From NCBI GenBank assembly GCA_041666915.1, contig JBAYFZ010000001.1, forward strand, positions 9,086 to 73,085: a stretch of DNA of 64,000 nucleotides. Reading direction: 5' to 3'. Below the pieces are notes generated by a model. It searched no databases, had not been told where the DNA came from, and saw only the letters and a list, made by a program, of their open reading frames with translations. The position numbers were made by a program, and so were the translations under genes. Below, in pieces: positions 17,639 through 27,488 of the stretch (position 1 is its first letter; each line of letters starts with the position of its first letter). The DNA is from Minisyncoccota bacterium (lineage in GTDB: Bacteria > Patescibacteriota > Minisyncoccia > Phycocordibacterales > PALSA-1337).

Positions 17639-20600
17639 ATGCCTCGAAATCAGAATACTACCGAATTTGATAAGCTTTATGGCTTCTTGAATATACCCCA
17701 AAAAATGGCTGTAGATACCGTAGAAGGTCCGGTAGTTGTTATTGCTGGACCGGGAACAGGAAAGACCACGGTGCTCACTTTGCGTATAGCAAATATTTTG
17801 AAGAAGACCGACACTGCACCAGAAAATATCCTAGCTCTCACTTTTACCGAATCTGGAGCTTATGTTATGCGACGTAAACTTATGGAGATCATTGGTCCAG
17901 ATGCTTACAAGGTAAATATTCATACATTTCATGGTTTTGCAGAAAAGATTATTCAAGAATATCCAGATTATTTTTCTAGGATTATTGGATCAAAGATTAT
18001 TACTGACGCTGAGCAGGTTAAGATTGTGGAAAAACTTATTCAAGCTCGCGATGTGAAAATTTTACGTCCTTTTGGAGATCCTGGATATTATGTTAAGTCG
18101 GTTTTGAATGAAATACATCTATTGAAGAGAGAAAATATTTCTCCTGAAAAATTACTGAAAAGTGTAAAAGAGGACATGAACGACCCATCTAGATTTGTAA
18201 AAGGGGATAAGGAATTGTCGGCCACCGAAATTGAAAAACTGGAAAAGAGAAATGAGAAAAATCTGGAGTTAGCTGGAATATACAAAAAATACGAAGGGGA
18301 ATTGTCTGAACAAAAATATTACGATTTTGACGATATGCTTTTGGAATTGATAAGAGCTATGGAAAAAGAGCCTATGCTCAAACTTTTTCTTCAGGAAGTT
18401 TACCAATATATCTTGGCTGATGAACATCAAGATGCTAACGCTTCCCAAAATAGAATATTGGAATTGTTAGCAGATTTTCATGATTCTCCAAACTTGTTTA
18501 TTGTCGGTGATGATAAACAGGCTATATATAGATTCCAAGGAGCTTCTTTGGAAAACTTTTTGTATTTTTCCAAAAAATATAAAGATGCTGTAGTCATTGA
18601 ACTTACTCATAACTATCGTTCACATCAGGGTATTTTGGATGCTTCACATAGTCTTATTGTGAATAATCCTAGTGTTCATGGGCGTGATTTACCAAAATTA
18701 TTATCCCTACAAGTTGGTAGTAAGCCAATATTCATAGATGAATTTTCTACTAAAAATGATGAGTTAGAATATTTGGCCAACATTATGGAACGTCTGATAA
18801 AAAAAGGTGAGAAGCCAGAAGAGATAGCTATTTTGTATCGTGAGAATAAAGAAGCCAAAGCAGTGGCTGAAGCTTTGAGATTCCATGGCGTAGTTTGTCG
18901 TATTGAATCAGATCACAACATTCTAGATGATGTTGATTCTGCAAAAGTTATTGCCATTTGCCGAGCTATACACGATCCATCCAATAGTGAATTGTTGGGC
19001 AAAGCCCTACTACTTTCCGAACTCGGTTGTAGCCCAGCTTCTGTCTCGGAAATTTTCAATCATGCTAGTCGCGAAAGAATATCATTATATAAAATAATTG
19101 AAGAACTTTTGGCTGGTAAAAAGTGGCCACAACTTAGAGATTTTATCGGCCCTTCTAGGTTAAATGAAATTAAGAGTGCTTATAAAAAGATTACCACTTG
19201 GTCAGGGGAATCTCAGACGATGGCTTTTCCAGATTTCTTGCAGAAATTGATACAAGAAACAAATTTGTTGGCATCAATAGTTTCTGCACCAAATTCGTTG
19301 GAAAGATTGGCTTCGTTGGAAGTTTTATTTGAAAAAGTCGTAAAAGCTTCTTCATCCAAGAAGACATTTTATCTGGCTGACTTTATAGAATATATAGATA
19401 TAGTCAGCAATCACGGTATCATGACCAAGCGCACTTTCACGGATCATGTCGGCGGTGTACGTCTCATGACTGCTCATCGTGCCAAAGGTTTGGAATTCAA
19501 TCATGTTTTTATTGTTAATGCTGTAGATGGAGTTTGGGGCAATCGTACAAGGCGAAATCATTTTTCCGTTCCAGTCATAGAACATGCTCGTGATGTTGGT
19601 AGGATTGAAGATGAGCGTCGTCTATTTTACGTAGCCATGACTCGAGCTCGTGAATCTATAAACATTTCTTATGCGAGGTTTAATGATGAAAAGGAAACTG
19701 TCAGAAGTCAGTTTTTATCTGAAATAGAACCAACTCTTATTTCTTTCAATAAACCAGAAACTTTAAACAGTCCAGATTTTTTTATTCGTAAGATGAAAAC
19801 TCCACATGCTACACCAGCGGTTTCTATACTCAATCCAGACTTCGTCAGATCAAAGTTTTTGTCACAACCTTTTTCTGTTACTCATTTGAATAGCTATCTG
19901 GAATGCCCGTGGCGTTACTTCTTCGTAAATCTTGTCAGGGTGCCACAGGCGCAAAATAAGCATCAAATGTATGGAACAGCTATACACTCGGCTTTAAGGG
20001 CCTTTTTTGAGGCTTATAAGATAGAAAGAGACATGTCCAAGAAGGAATTAGTTGATATTTTCAAGCATTATTTGGATAGACAGCCTATGTCCACAGATGA
20101 TCGTCAGGATTCATTCAAAAAGGGAAAAGAAGCTTTGGAAGGATATTTTTCTACATACAATGGTAGTTGGGATCGTAACTTGCTTACGGAGTATGCTGTT
20201 AAAGCTGTGGAACTTGAATTAAATATTAAAAATCAAAAAGATAAAAATTCTGTAAAAATAAAGTTATATCTTACGGGTAAACTTGATAAGGTTGAACTTC
20301 TTGATGAGAAGAATGTCCTTGTCGTGGATTATAAAACTTCAAAACCTAAGTCTAGGAATGATATAGAAGGTAAGACAAAAACTGCCAATGGTAATTACAA
20401 ACGTCAGTTGGTTTTTTATAGATTACTTCTTGATGAAAGTAAGAAGTTTACTATGAAATATGGGGAGATAGATTTTATAGAACCTAACGAAAGGGGAAAA
20501 TTCAAGAAAGAACGATTTGAAATAACTGATAGAGAAGTTGAGGATATCAAATCTTTGATAGAAAAAACAGCAAAAGATATTGTTAATCTTTCTTTTATAG

Positions 20601-20662
20601 ATTCAAGTTGTGACGATAAGGAGTGTAGTTATTGCAGACTTGGAAGGCTTCTTAAGAGTTAA
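17639..20662 (+). CDS. UvrD/PcrA-family ATP-dependent DNA helicase fused to a C-terminal PD-(D/E)XK (RecB/Cas4-like) nuclease domain with Cys cluster
   Basis: Walker A 'AGPGTGKTTVLTLRI'; helicase motifs ('DEHQDAN', 'NYRSHQGI', 'VRLMTAHRAKGLEFNHVFI', 'YVAMTRARES'). C-terminal 'VVDYKTSKP' nuclease motif and 'CDDKECSYC'. Confidence 0.85.
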   Translation: MPRNQNTTEFDKLYGFLNIPQKMAVDTVEGPVVVIAGPGTGKTTVLTLRIANILKKTDTAPENILALTFTESGAYVMRRKLMEIIGPDAYKVNIHTFHGFAEKIIQEYPDYFSRIIGSKIITDAEQVKIVEKLIQARDVKILRPFGDPGYYVKSVLNEIHLLKRENISPEKLLKSVKEDMNDPSRFVKGDKELSATEIEKLEKRNEKNLELAGIYKKYEGELSEQKYYDFDDMLLELIRAMEKEPMLKLFLQEVYQYILADEHQDANASQNRILELLADFHDSPNLFIVGDDKQAIYRFQGASLENFLYFSKKYKDAVVIELTHNYRSHQGILDASHSLIVNNPSVHGRDLPKLLSLQVGSKPIFIDEFSTKNDELEYLANIMERLIKKGEKPEEIAILYRENKEAKAVAEALRFHGVVCRIESDHNILDDVDSAKVIAICRAIHDPSNSELLGKALLLSELGCSPASVSEIFNHASRERISLYKIIEELLAGKKWPQLRDFIGPSRLNEIKSAYKKITTWSGESQTMAFPDFLQKLIQETNLLASIVSAPNSLERLASLEVLFEKVVKASSSKKTFYLADFIEYIDIVSNHGIMTKRTFTDHVGGVRLMTAHRAKGLEFNHVFIVNAVDGVWGNRTRRNHFSVPVIEHARDVGRIEDERRLFYVAMTRARESINISYARFNDEKETVRSQFLSEIEPTLISFNKPETLNSPDFFIRKMKTPHATPAVSILNPDFVRSKFLSQPFSVTHLNSYLECPWRYFFVNLVRVPQAQNKHQMYGTAIHSALRAFFEAYKIERDMSKKELVDIFKHYLDRQPMSTDDRQDSFKKGKEALEGYFSTYNGSWDRNLLTEYAVKAVELELNIKNQKDKNSVKIKLYLTGKLDKVELLDEKNVLVVDYKTSKPKSRNDIEGKTKTANGNYKRQLVFYRLLLDESKKFTMKYGEIDFIEPNERGKFKKERFEITDREVEDIKSLIEKTAKDIVNLSFIDSSCDDKECSYCRLGRLLKS

Positions 20663-20677
20663 AGAATTTCTAACTGT

Positions 20678-20793
20678 TGTCATTCCCGCGAAGGCGGGAA
20701 TCCAGGATTATTACGAGATAATAGTTTGCTATAATTTATTTGAAAATGGATTTTGTGGTAACATCCTGGATTCCCGCCTTCGCGGGAATGACA
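20678..20793. repeat. MITE-like palindromic element, copy 1 (TIR 'TGTCATTCCCGCGAAGGCGGGAATCC...')
   Basis: About 30-bp terminal inverted repeats, each itself a hairpin TTCCCGC-GAAG-GCGGGAA. Opposite orientation to copies 2 and 3. Confidence 0.8.
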
Positions 20794-20799
20794 CAAAAA

Positions 20800-21618
20800 T
20801 TATTTCAACAGACTATCTATAATTCCCGTTACCATAATCTTTGGCATTGCACCACTCATAACGATCATCTTTTTATCATCAGTGACGTATAGTAGGCTCT
20901 GAGGAATTCTGTATTGGATAAGAGCATTGGATACATATGTAGTTGCGGTAGGATTGATTTTTTCACTAAGAACAAAGAAACTAGTTGGAGTACCAGAGAC
21001 ATTGGCATTTATACCACTCAATTTTTGAGCACTGACTATATCTTTAGCTTTTTGGCTATTGAGACATTCATTGAATGCAATAATATCAAGACCCAAACCT
21101 TTTGCCATGATAGGGAGTTGTTTTTGATCCAAACCTTCTGGAGTTTTGGAGGTTACTGAAGGAGTCAAATCATAGAGCTTCTTTTCATATTCCCAGAATT
21201 TTTCATTTCCTCCCAAGATACCAGCACATTCTATGGCACGTGATTCATTTGCTGCGTTGGGGTGAAGGACATTACCTTCTGCATCTGGAGTGTCTAGAGG
21301 AAAACTTCTATAAATCAAAGCAACCTTACCTTCTGGTCCATATTTGTCCATTATTTCTACCATTGTTTCGTTGAAGATTTTACAGAATGGACATGAAGGA
21401 TCGGAGTATTCAACAATTTTTATTGGAGCGTTTGGATTTCCCAAAATACGGTCGGCGGATGTTATCGGTGCAAGATTTATGGCTGGGGCATTTTCAACTT
21501 TTGCATCTTTTACAATAGTAGAACTTGGTTTGAATACGTATATGAGAGTCATTGCAATGATAGCTCCGGCAATGATGATGGCTCCTGGTATTGTGATGAA
21601 ACTTGGTTTATTTTCCAT
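20800..21618 (-). CDS. DsbA-family thiol:disulfide oxidoreductase, membrane-anchored
   Basis: N-terminal TM helix; thioredoxin-fold active site 'CPFCK'. Confidence 0.8.
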   Translation of the reverse strand: MENKPSFITIPGAIIIAGAIIAMTLIYVFKPSSTIVKDAKVENAPAINLAPITSADRILGNPNAPIKIVEYSDPSCPFCKIFNETMVEIMDKYGPEGKVALIYRSFPLDTPDAEGNVLHPNAANESRAIECAGILGGNEKFWEYEKKLYDLTPSVTSKTPEGLDQKQLPIMAKGLGLDIIAFNECLNSQKAKDIVSAQKLSGINANVSGTPTSFFVLSEKINPTATTYVSNALIQYRIPQSLLYVTDDKKMIVMSGAMPKIMVTGIIDSLLK

Positions 21619-21659
21619 AATTATTTTTTTGTTAGTGGCTTGTAATCATTGTAACATTT

Positions 21660-22235
21660 CTAAAAAGGCAATGTGTAAGTCATGGCACTAGACTCGGGTA
21701 TTTCCCACGTGCTTATATCCAATTTTATTTCTTTTATAGAACCAAGTTCTTTGTATTTCAAAAGTTTATTTGCTACGGCATAGTCATATAATTCTTTGGT
21801 CAATCTGACATCCTCGGTACAGTATGAGATGAGTTTATCTATCTCACCATTTTGCCACCAAGTGATAGCTTCAGAACCATGACCAGTTTTGTTTTTGCCT
21901 AAAGTAGCTTCGCCTACACCATCTAGTTTGAGTCGTCGGCCCAATATCTTTTGTACTTCTTTCATAAGGTCCAGACTTTTTATTTTCGTCAGATCACCAG
22001 GATAGTATTTATTCAAAAGCGGAATATCAAAATGGTCACCGTTCCAAGTGATGAGCATATCGGCTTGTTCTAATATAGGCCAAAGTTTGTTGAAGTCATT
22101 TTCTAAGTAACTTGTATATTGATCGGTAGCTGAATCGTGTATACAAACTACAGAAATATCTAAATCTACTGGGTCGTTTGATCCTACATCTTGGAAAAAG
22201 TTTTTTGTTTCCAAGTCAAAAGTTATTTTGCGCAT
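21660..22235 (-). CDS. RNase H-like 3'-5' exonuclease (PolB-exonuclease-like/DEDD-type) domain protein
   Basis: 'ITFDLETKN' (Exo I-like), 'ITWNGDHFDIPLL' (Exo II-like), 'YCTEDVRLTKELYDY' (Exo III YxxxD). Confidence 0.6.
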   Translation of the reverse strand: MRKITFDLETKNFFQDVGSNDPVDLDISVVCIHDSATDQYTSYLENDFNKLWPILEQADMLITWNGDHFDIPLLNKYYPGDLTKIKSLDLMKEVQKILGRRLKLDGVGEATLGKNKTGHGSEAITWWQNGEIDKLISYCTEDVRLTKELYDYAVANKLLKYKELGSIKEIKLDISTWEIPESSAMTYTLPF

Positions 22236-22304
22236 AGGTTCTATTGTAAAGGTCTACTAGAGATAGTGCAAGGAAAATACTAAAAAACCTGTTTTAGCAG
22301 GCTT

Positions 22305-23621
22305 TTAGTTCTTTTTTAAGATATTTATTATTTCTCCTTCGGTGACGAACTCTTCATTTCCATTTGCCAAAGTTTTTACACATAATTTACCAGTCTTGAT
22401 TTCTTCATCACCAATGCAGATAACTTTTGGAATTCCACGTTTGACTACGTTGCCGATCTGGTCACCGAGTTTTTTGTTTGATAAATCTACTGCAACACGG
22501 ATACCTTGTTCGCGTAGCGTCTGCGCTAATTCTAGAGAATATGGAGTATTTTGTTCGCCAACAATACAAATAGAAACATCGGCAATATCATTTCTCTTTG
22601 GGAGGGTGCCATATGTTTCCATAAGGTCTTTTGCTATCAAATCTCCAGTTCCAAAACCAACGGCTGGCATTTTGTCATTACCGAATAATGCCAAGAGATC
22701 GTCGTAACGGCCACCACCAAAGACTGAGCGTCGGTTTATAGGATTGAGGTCAAATATCTCAAATACGATACCAGTATAATAATCAAAACCACGCATGAGT
22801 GTCTGATCAAAGCGTACATTGGTGATGCCGAGCCTTTCGAGGCCTTCTATGACCTGACGAATCTCCTTTAAACCAACATGTTCTTCTTTTGTTTGGGGTA
22901 ATAGGGAAGTGAATTCTTCAAAATTTTTGGAATTGAGTAGAGTAAGGAATTTTTGGGAAATGACAACAGAGTTGAATATCTCTTCAACCCCAGCCTGAAA
23001 AGCCTCTGGTTTGAGTTTATCTTTTTTGTCTATGAGTTTAGAGACTTTTTGTGACAATGTTTCATCCAAACCAAAAACTTCCTTGGTTATGTAATTCATA
23101 ACCTTGCGATTGTTGAGACGAATTTCAAAATCTGTATCTTTGAGACCATAAGATCTGACGATATCGTAAGCTAGATTGATGATCTCAATCTCGGCGTTTA
23201 TGGATTCTACACCGAAAATATCAGCATTGAGTTGCCAATGTTCACGAGTGCGTCCACGTTGTGGTTGTTCGTATCGGAAAAGGTTTGGAATAGAAAACCA
23301 ACGAATAGGGGATACGAGTTCACGTCTACGCCCAGCTATCATGCGAGCAACGGTAGGTGTCATCTCAGGACGAAGTGTAACCTCACGATCTCCGCGGTCA
23401 GTGAAGGTGTAAGTTTGTTCGTTGACTATTTCTGCGCCGGATTTTGCTCGATAAAGATCGGCAGGTTCCAAAACGGAGGCGCCGTATTCTTCGTAGCCAT
23501 ACTTTTCGCAATTATTTCTCCAGATATTGAAGATTTTATTTTCGGTGGCCATATCGGCTGGATAGAAGTCACGGACACCCTTATATGGGTCAACACCTAG
23601 TTTTTTTACATTTTCTTTCAT
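22305..23621 (-). CDS. hisS: histidine--tRNA ligase
   Basis: Class II motif 2 'RYEQPQRGRTREHWQLNADIFG', 'GGGRYDDL', C-terminal anticodon-binding domain. Confidence 0.9.
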   Translation of the reverse strand: MKENVKKLGVDPYKGVRDFYPADMATENKIFNIWRNNCEKYGYEEYGASVLEPADLYRAKSGAEIVNEQTYTFTDRGDREVTLRPEMTPTVARMIAGRRRELVSPIRWFSIPNLFRYEQPQRGRTREHWQLNADIFGVESINAEIEIINLAYDIVRSYGLKDTDFEIRLNNRKVMNYITKEVFGLDETLSQKVSKLIDKKDKLKPEAFQAGVEEIFNSVVISQKFLTLLNSKNFEEFTSLLPQTKEEHVGLKEIRQVIEGLERLGITNVRFDQTLMRGFDYYTGIVFEIFDLNPINRRSVFGGGRYDDLLALFGNDKMPAVGFGTGDLIAKDLMETYGTLPKRNDIADVSICIVGEQNTPYSLELAQTLREQGIRVAVDLSNKKLGDQIGNVVKRGIPKVICIGDEEIKTGKLCVKTLANGNEEFVTEGEIINILKKN

Positions 23622-23721
23622 GAGGATATTGTAGCATGGAGTGTATAACTGCCAAATAGGGTTTGGGTATATGGTATAATTGTATGAATAATTAATAATG
23701 AATAATTAACTTTTATAAAGT

Positions 23722-26454
23722 ATGAAATTATTTGCTAAGACCAGTATTTTTGTAGTTACATTGATGGTTGGCATATCTCTAGGTTTTTTTCATCAAGTTT
23801 ATGCTCAGGTCGATGGTTCGGTCTGGGGGTATCAGGGGTGGACACCTTACGACCTGCCCAATTTGGAAGAAAATAATACGGAAATCATCCAGAATCAAGG
23901 TAGTGATTTTCAAGATCAGAGCAATACTTTTCCTACAAATTTTTCTAATAATTATTACGGTAATAATTATAGACCTTGTGATAATATGAAAAAGTATTTT
24001 TATTTTGGGGGTCAAGGAAAATTAATCACTGAGCGTTTTGGTATATACGATAACAGGTCTAATATTGAGTGTTACATAACTTTCTTATCTAAGCTTAATC
24101 TTTATAATGGTTTAGATGCAGTTATAGTAAATCCTGGCGGACCGAACATTCCTTTGGTGCCAAATGTTTCTGGGGCAAATTGGAACATTAAGTATGCAAA
24201 TAGAGGAGTCTTTAATGAAATTGTTTTGTTTGAGTTTGTCCTTGATGACTTGGGAAAAGGTCAATCGTCTGAAAGTAGATATTGGTATTTGACCGTAAAG
24301 AATAAATCCACAGATCTTCCTATTGTAGAAAATCTTATAGCGAAAAATGGCAAGATTACAATAAAGGTTGGCCCGCTAACTTTTGATTTATCAATGAAAA
24401 AGTCAGAAACTTGTAAGAAGATTTCTGGTGATGGGCCAAATAAAATTGTATTTTTGAGAGGAAGGACATCCGAACTATCAAGTAGTGATCTTTCAGGTAT
24501 GGCAAATGACTTTATTAATCGTGGATTTAAATCTGTTCAACCTATAAAGAAATATTCAAATCTCCTTTCTTTTTATATAGATGAAGTAGAACTTGATGAT
24601 TTGCCGTATTCTTCTGGAGATCAGTATTCTAATGGACTTGAATATGGTATTAATAGGGCTGTTAGGACCGAATCAAAATGCAATTCAATTGATAAAGGTG
24701 ATACGATATATTTGCTATTTTATAAAGGTAGAACAGCTTCTACGGTTAAAATGATAGCCTACACTGATTTTGATAGTAGGGTTATCAAATTAAATATGGG
24801 ATCGTCTAAAGGGAAAATAACTGAATTTGTGGCAGTACATGAATGGGGACATGCATTTGCTAAGCTTTCTGATGAGTACATCATTTCCAAGGAAGATTAT
24901 TTTGGAGATCTTGCAAAAAATATAGATTCCAAGAATTGTACTACGAAACCATTTGAAGATTATGTAGATTCTGAACATAATATAATGTATGGCTCAGATA
25001 ATAATCTAGGGTGTTCCCACGTGTATCATGAATTGTTTGATGATAATCCAAAAAGTGACAGAGCTTCTGTATTTTACAGGCCATCTCCTGTAAGTATTAT
25101 GGATTTGTATGGTCATCTTTTGACTCCTGGTGCGGGCCAGAGATTTAACGTCATTAGTTGCGGTTATGTCATATCAGCTATGTTAAATGAGCCAATAATG
25201 AAGAAAAATGCACAAAAGCATTGGGCAGAATGTCTTCAGATGGCACAGACAGACGGAAGTGTAAATGCTGATGAAATTCCTGTTAGACGCCCTACCCCAA
25301 CCCCTAGCCAAATCATGCCAGATCCTGATGATTCCAATACTTACATAGTATCTGGTACAGGATTCTCACCTACAGGAAATACGGTTGAACTTACATGGCT
25401 TGGTTCAGTTGCTGTTAAAGAAGAGTCAAATTTATTTGCGGATATTATCAAACAAATCTTCCCAACTTCAATACCGCAAGCCTCGGCTGGTTTCAACGAT
25501 ATCTTTAAGATTTATAACATATTATCTGACGGTATCACTTTGAAGTTTACCGTCCCACCAGAAGCTCCAGCTGGAAAATACTCGGTAAGAACATCGGCAC
25601 TTAATAGTGATTGGAGTACAAATATTCTTAATATAGTTAAGACTGTAGGATCAGCGATTTCTAGAGGTAACGTAAATACTACACCACCACCTTCGGTGCC
25701 TCCAACCACACCTCCTCCTGTTGTGCCGAATACACCAGTCACCAATCAACCTGCAACAGCTTATTCATTATCTGTTTCCAAATACGGTACAGGCCAAGGA
25801 ACTGTAACGGGTGGTTCTATCAATTGTGGATCTTCTTGTTCATTGTCAGATGTGACTCCTAGAACTTCTATCAGTCTTACCGCTATACCAGCTTCTGGTT
25901 CTACATTTTCTGGTTGGAGTGGTGGAGGATGTTCTGGAAATGGGAGTTGTAATGTTACAATAAATACAAACCTTACGGTAACAGCAATATTCATTTCTAA
26001 GTCTAGATCTTCTGATACAAATGATTCTGACTCTGACTCTAATACACCCTCGACAGCCGTTTCTGGTTATTGTTCAACAGAATTTAATTCTTGCGTAAGA
26101 GGCTCTTTTTCTGACAGAGAAGATAGTGAGTTTAGTTACAACTGGTCATGTCTCGGTTCAAATGGCGGGGCTGATTCAAAGTGTTCGTCATCAAAGGTTA
26201 TAGTATCAATGAATACAGTTCCAAAGGTTATTGAAAATAAGCCTATTACTTTTATCCCAAAACCAGCCAATCGAGTTGATCCTAAAGACTATGTTATTCC
26301 AGATCTATCTACGACCACCACTCAAGAATCTATTGATATCAAAGTTCCTAAAGGAGCAGATATAATCAAGTCACTTGTATCTGGAATTATCTTGCAAATA
26401 ATGAATGGTGTAAACAAAACTACAGAAACATTTTCTAACGTCTTTAATTTGTAA
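23722..26454 (+). CDS. secreted zinc metallopeptidase (M64/IgA-peptidase-like 'HEWGHAF...LSDEY') with Pro/Thr linker and InlB-B-repeat-like Cys-containing domains
   Basis: Signal peptide; 'VAVHEWGHAFAKLSDEY'; 'TTPPPSVPPTTPPPVVPNTPV'; 'GTVTGGSINCGSSCS...FSGWSGGGCSGNGSCNVT'. Confidence 0.65.
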   Translation: MKLFAKTSIFVVTLMVGISLGFFHQVYAQVDGSVWGYQGWTPYDLPNLEENNTEIIQNQGSDFQDQSNTFPTNFSNNYYGNNYRPCDNMKKYFYFGGQGKLITERFGIYDNRSNIECYITFLSKLNLYNGLDAVIVNPGGPNIPLVPNVSGANWNIKYANRGVFNEIVLFEFVLDDLGKGQSSESRYWYLTVKNKSTDLPIVENLIAKNGKITIKVGPLTFDLSMKKSETCKKISGDGPNKIVFLRGRTSELSSSDLSGMANDFINRGFKSVQPIKKYSNLLSFYIDEVELDDLPYSSGDQYSNGLEYGINRAVRTESKCNSIDKGDTIYLLFYKGRTASTVKMIAYTDFDSRVIKLNMGSSKGKITEFVAVHEWGHAFAKLSDEYIISKEDYFGDLAKNIDSKNCTTKPFEDYVDSEHNIMYGSDNNLGCSHVYHELFDDNPKSDRASVFYRPSPVSIMDLYGHLLTPGAGQRFNVISCGYVISAMLNEPIMKKNAQKHWAECLQMAQTDGSVNADEIPVRRPTPTPSQIMPDPDDSNTYIVSGTGFSPTGNTVELTWLGSVAVKEESNLFADIIKQIFPTSIPQASAGFNDIFKIYNILSDGITLKFTVPPEAPAGKYSVRTSALNSDWSTNILNIVKTVGSAISRGNVNTTPPPSVPPTTPPPVVPNTPVTNQPATAYSLSVSKYGTGQGTVTGGSINCGSSCSLSDVTPRTSISLTAIPASGSTFSGWSGGGCSGNGSCNVTINTNLTVTAIFISKSRSSDTNDSDSDSNTPSTAVSGYCSTEFNSCVRGSFSDREDSEFSYNWSCLGSNGGADSKCSSSKVIVSMNTVPKVIENKPITFIPKPANRVDPKDYVIPDLSTTTTQESIDIKVPKGADIIKSLVSGIILQIMNGVNKTTETFSNVFNL

Positions 26455-26481
26455 TTGTAAAAAATATGTTAGGATAGATTT

Positions 26482-27459
26482 ATGAAAAGAATAGTCATCA
26501 AGGAAGGTCCAGTAGTCTTTTTGAGGAATGTTGTAATCATGGAGATACTGGCCGTGGTTATCTTTGTGGCTATATCTTACCTAGCCAATTATGAGCAATT
26601 ATTTATTGGAATTGGTTTGGATAAGTATGTTCAGTATCACAATTTCATTATAATTGTATTTTCTTTATTCCAACTATTCTATATACTAGCTTTATTTTTT
26701 GATTGGTATCTCAAGTATTACGAAATCCGTGAAAGAGAAATAGTTCGTCGCTCAGGTTTGTTTTTGAGACGTCAAAGGTCTGTTTCTTTGTTGCACATCG
26801 TTGCCGTAGAAGTAACTCAAGGACCTCTGGATCGTATACTTCGTCATGCAAATTTAATTCTAGAACACGATAATGGCAGAACCACTATCATTCAAAATGT
26901 TGCTGGTTATGAAGAATACGTTGAAGTTATCAAGCAGACTATTGATAATACGATGAAGAAACCGATACATTCTAGAAGTTTGCAGATGTTCCTCAAAGAA
27001 GGTGAAGGTTTGTTTTTAGAATACAAACAGACTTTGCGTTATGATATCCGCAAAAAAAGTGTAAGCAAAGATGTAGAAAGGGCAGTGATAAAAACTATTG
27101 CTGGTTTTATGAATGCTGACGGAGGAACTCTGATAATAGGTGTAGATGATGAAGGTAAGGTTACTGGTCTTAAAAATGATTTTGAAACTTTGGCCAAGAA
27201 AAATAGAGATGGTTTTGAAAATCATTTGAATAATCTTGTAAAGACGATGTTGGGTATAAAATTTGCCAATTATATACACACCCGTTTTGACTATTTCAAC
27301 GACAATGAAGCCTGTCTAGTCTCTGTAGACCCTAGTCATAAGCCGGCTTACATCCACAATTCTGAAGGTAAAGAAGAATTCTTCGTTAGAATGGGAAATT
27401 CCACCCAGCCATTTTCTATGAGTGAAGCTGAGGAATATATGAAAACAAGGTGGAAATAA
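26482..27459 (+). CDS. membrane bPH_2 (YdbT/YdbS-like bacterial PH) domain fused to AlbA_2 (Schlafen-like) domain
   Basis: Two TM helices then 'IREREIVRRSGLFLRRQRSVSLLHIVAVEVTQGPLDRILRHANLIL'. C-terminal 'EGEGLFLEYKQTLRYD...IAGFMNADGGTLIIGVDDEGKVTGL' (AlbA_2 pattern). Confidence 0.55.
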   Translation: MKRIVIKEGPVVFLRNVVIMEILAVVIFVAISYLANYEQLFIGIGLDKYVQYHNFIIIVFSLFQLFYILALFFDWYLKYYEIREREIVRRSGLFLRRQRSVSLLHIVAVEVTQGPLDRILRHANLILEHDNGRTTIIQNVAGYEEYVEVIKQTIDNTMKKPIHSRSLQMFLKEGEGLFLEYKQTLRYDIRKKSVSKDVERAVIKTIAGFMNADGGTLIIGVDDEGKVTGLKNDFETLAKKNRDGFENHLNNLVKTMLGIKFANYIHTRFDYFNDNEACLVSVDPSHKPAYIHNSEGKEEFFVRMGNSTQPFSMSEAEEYMKTRWK

Positions 27460-27488
27460 AAAAGGAGGTTAACCTCCTTTTTTATTTT
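27458..27488. terminator. bidirectional intrinsic terminator (AAGGAGGTT/AACCTCCTT palindrome flanked by A- and T-runs)
   Basis: 'aaaaaaggaggttaacctccttttttatttt' between convergent genes. Confidence 0.7.

Noticed and set aside
20610-20822. 70-aa ORF '...GIQDYYEIIV...LDSRLRGNDTK'
   Set aside because: Lies entirely inside MITE-like repeat copy 1; the peptide is just the palindrome read through. The same 'SRLRGND' peptide appears wherever the repeat occurs.
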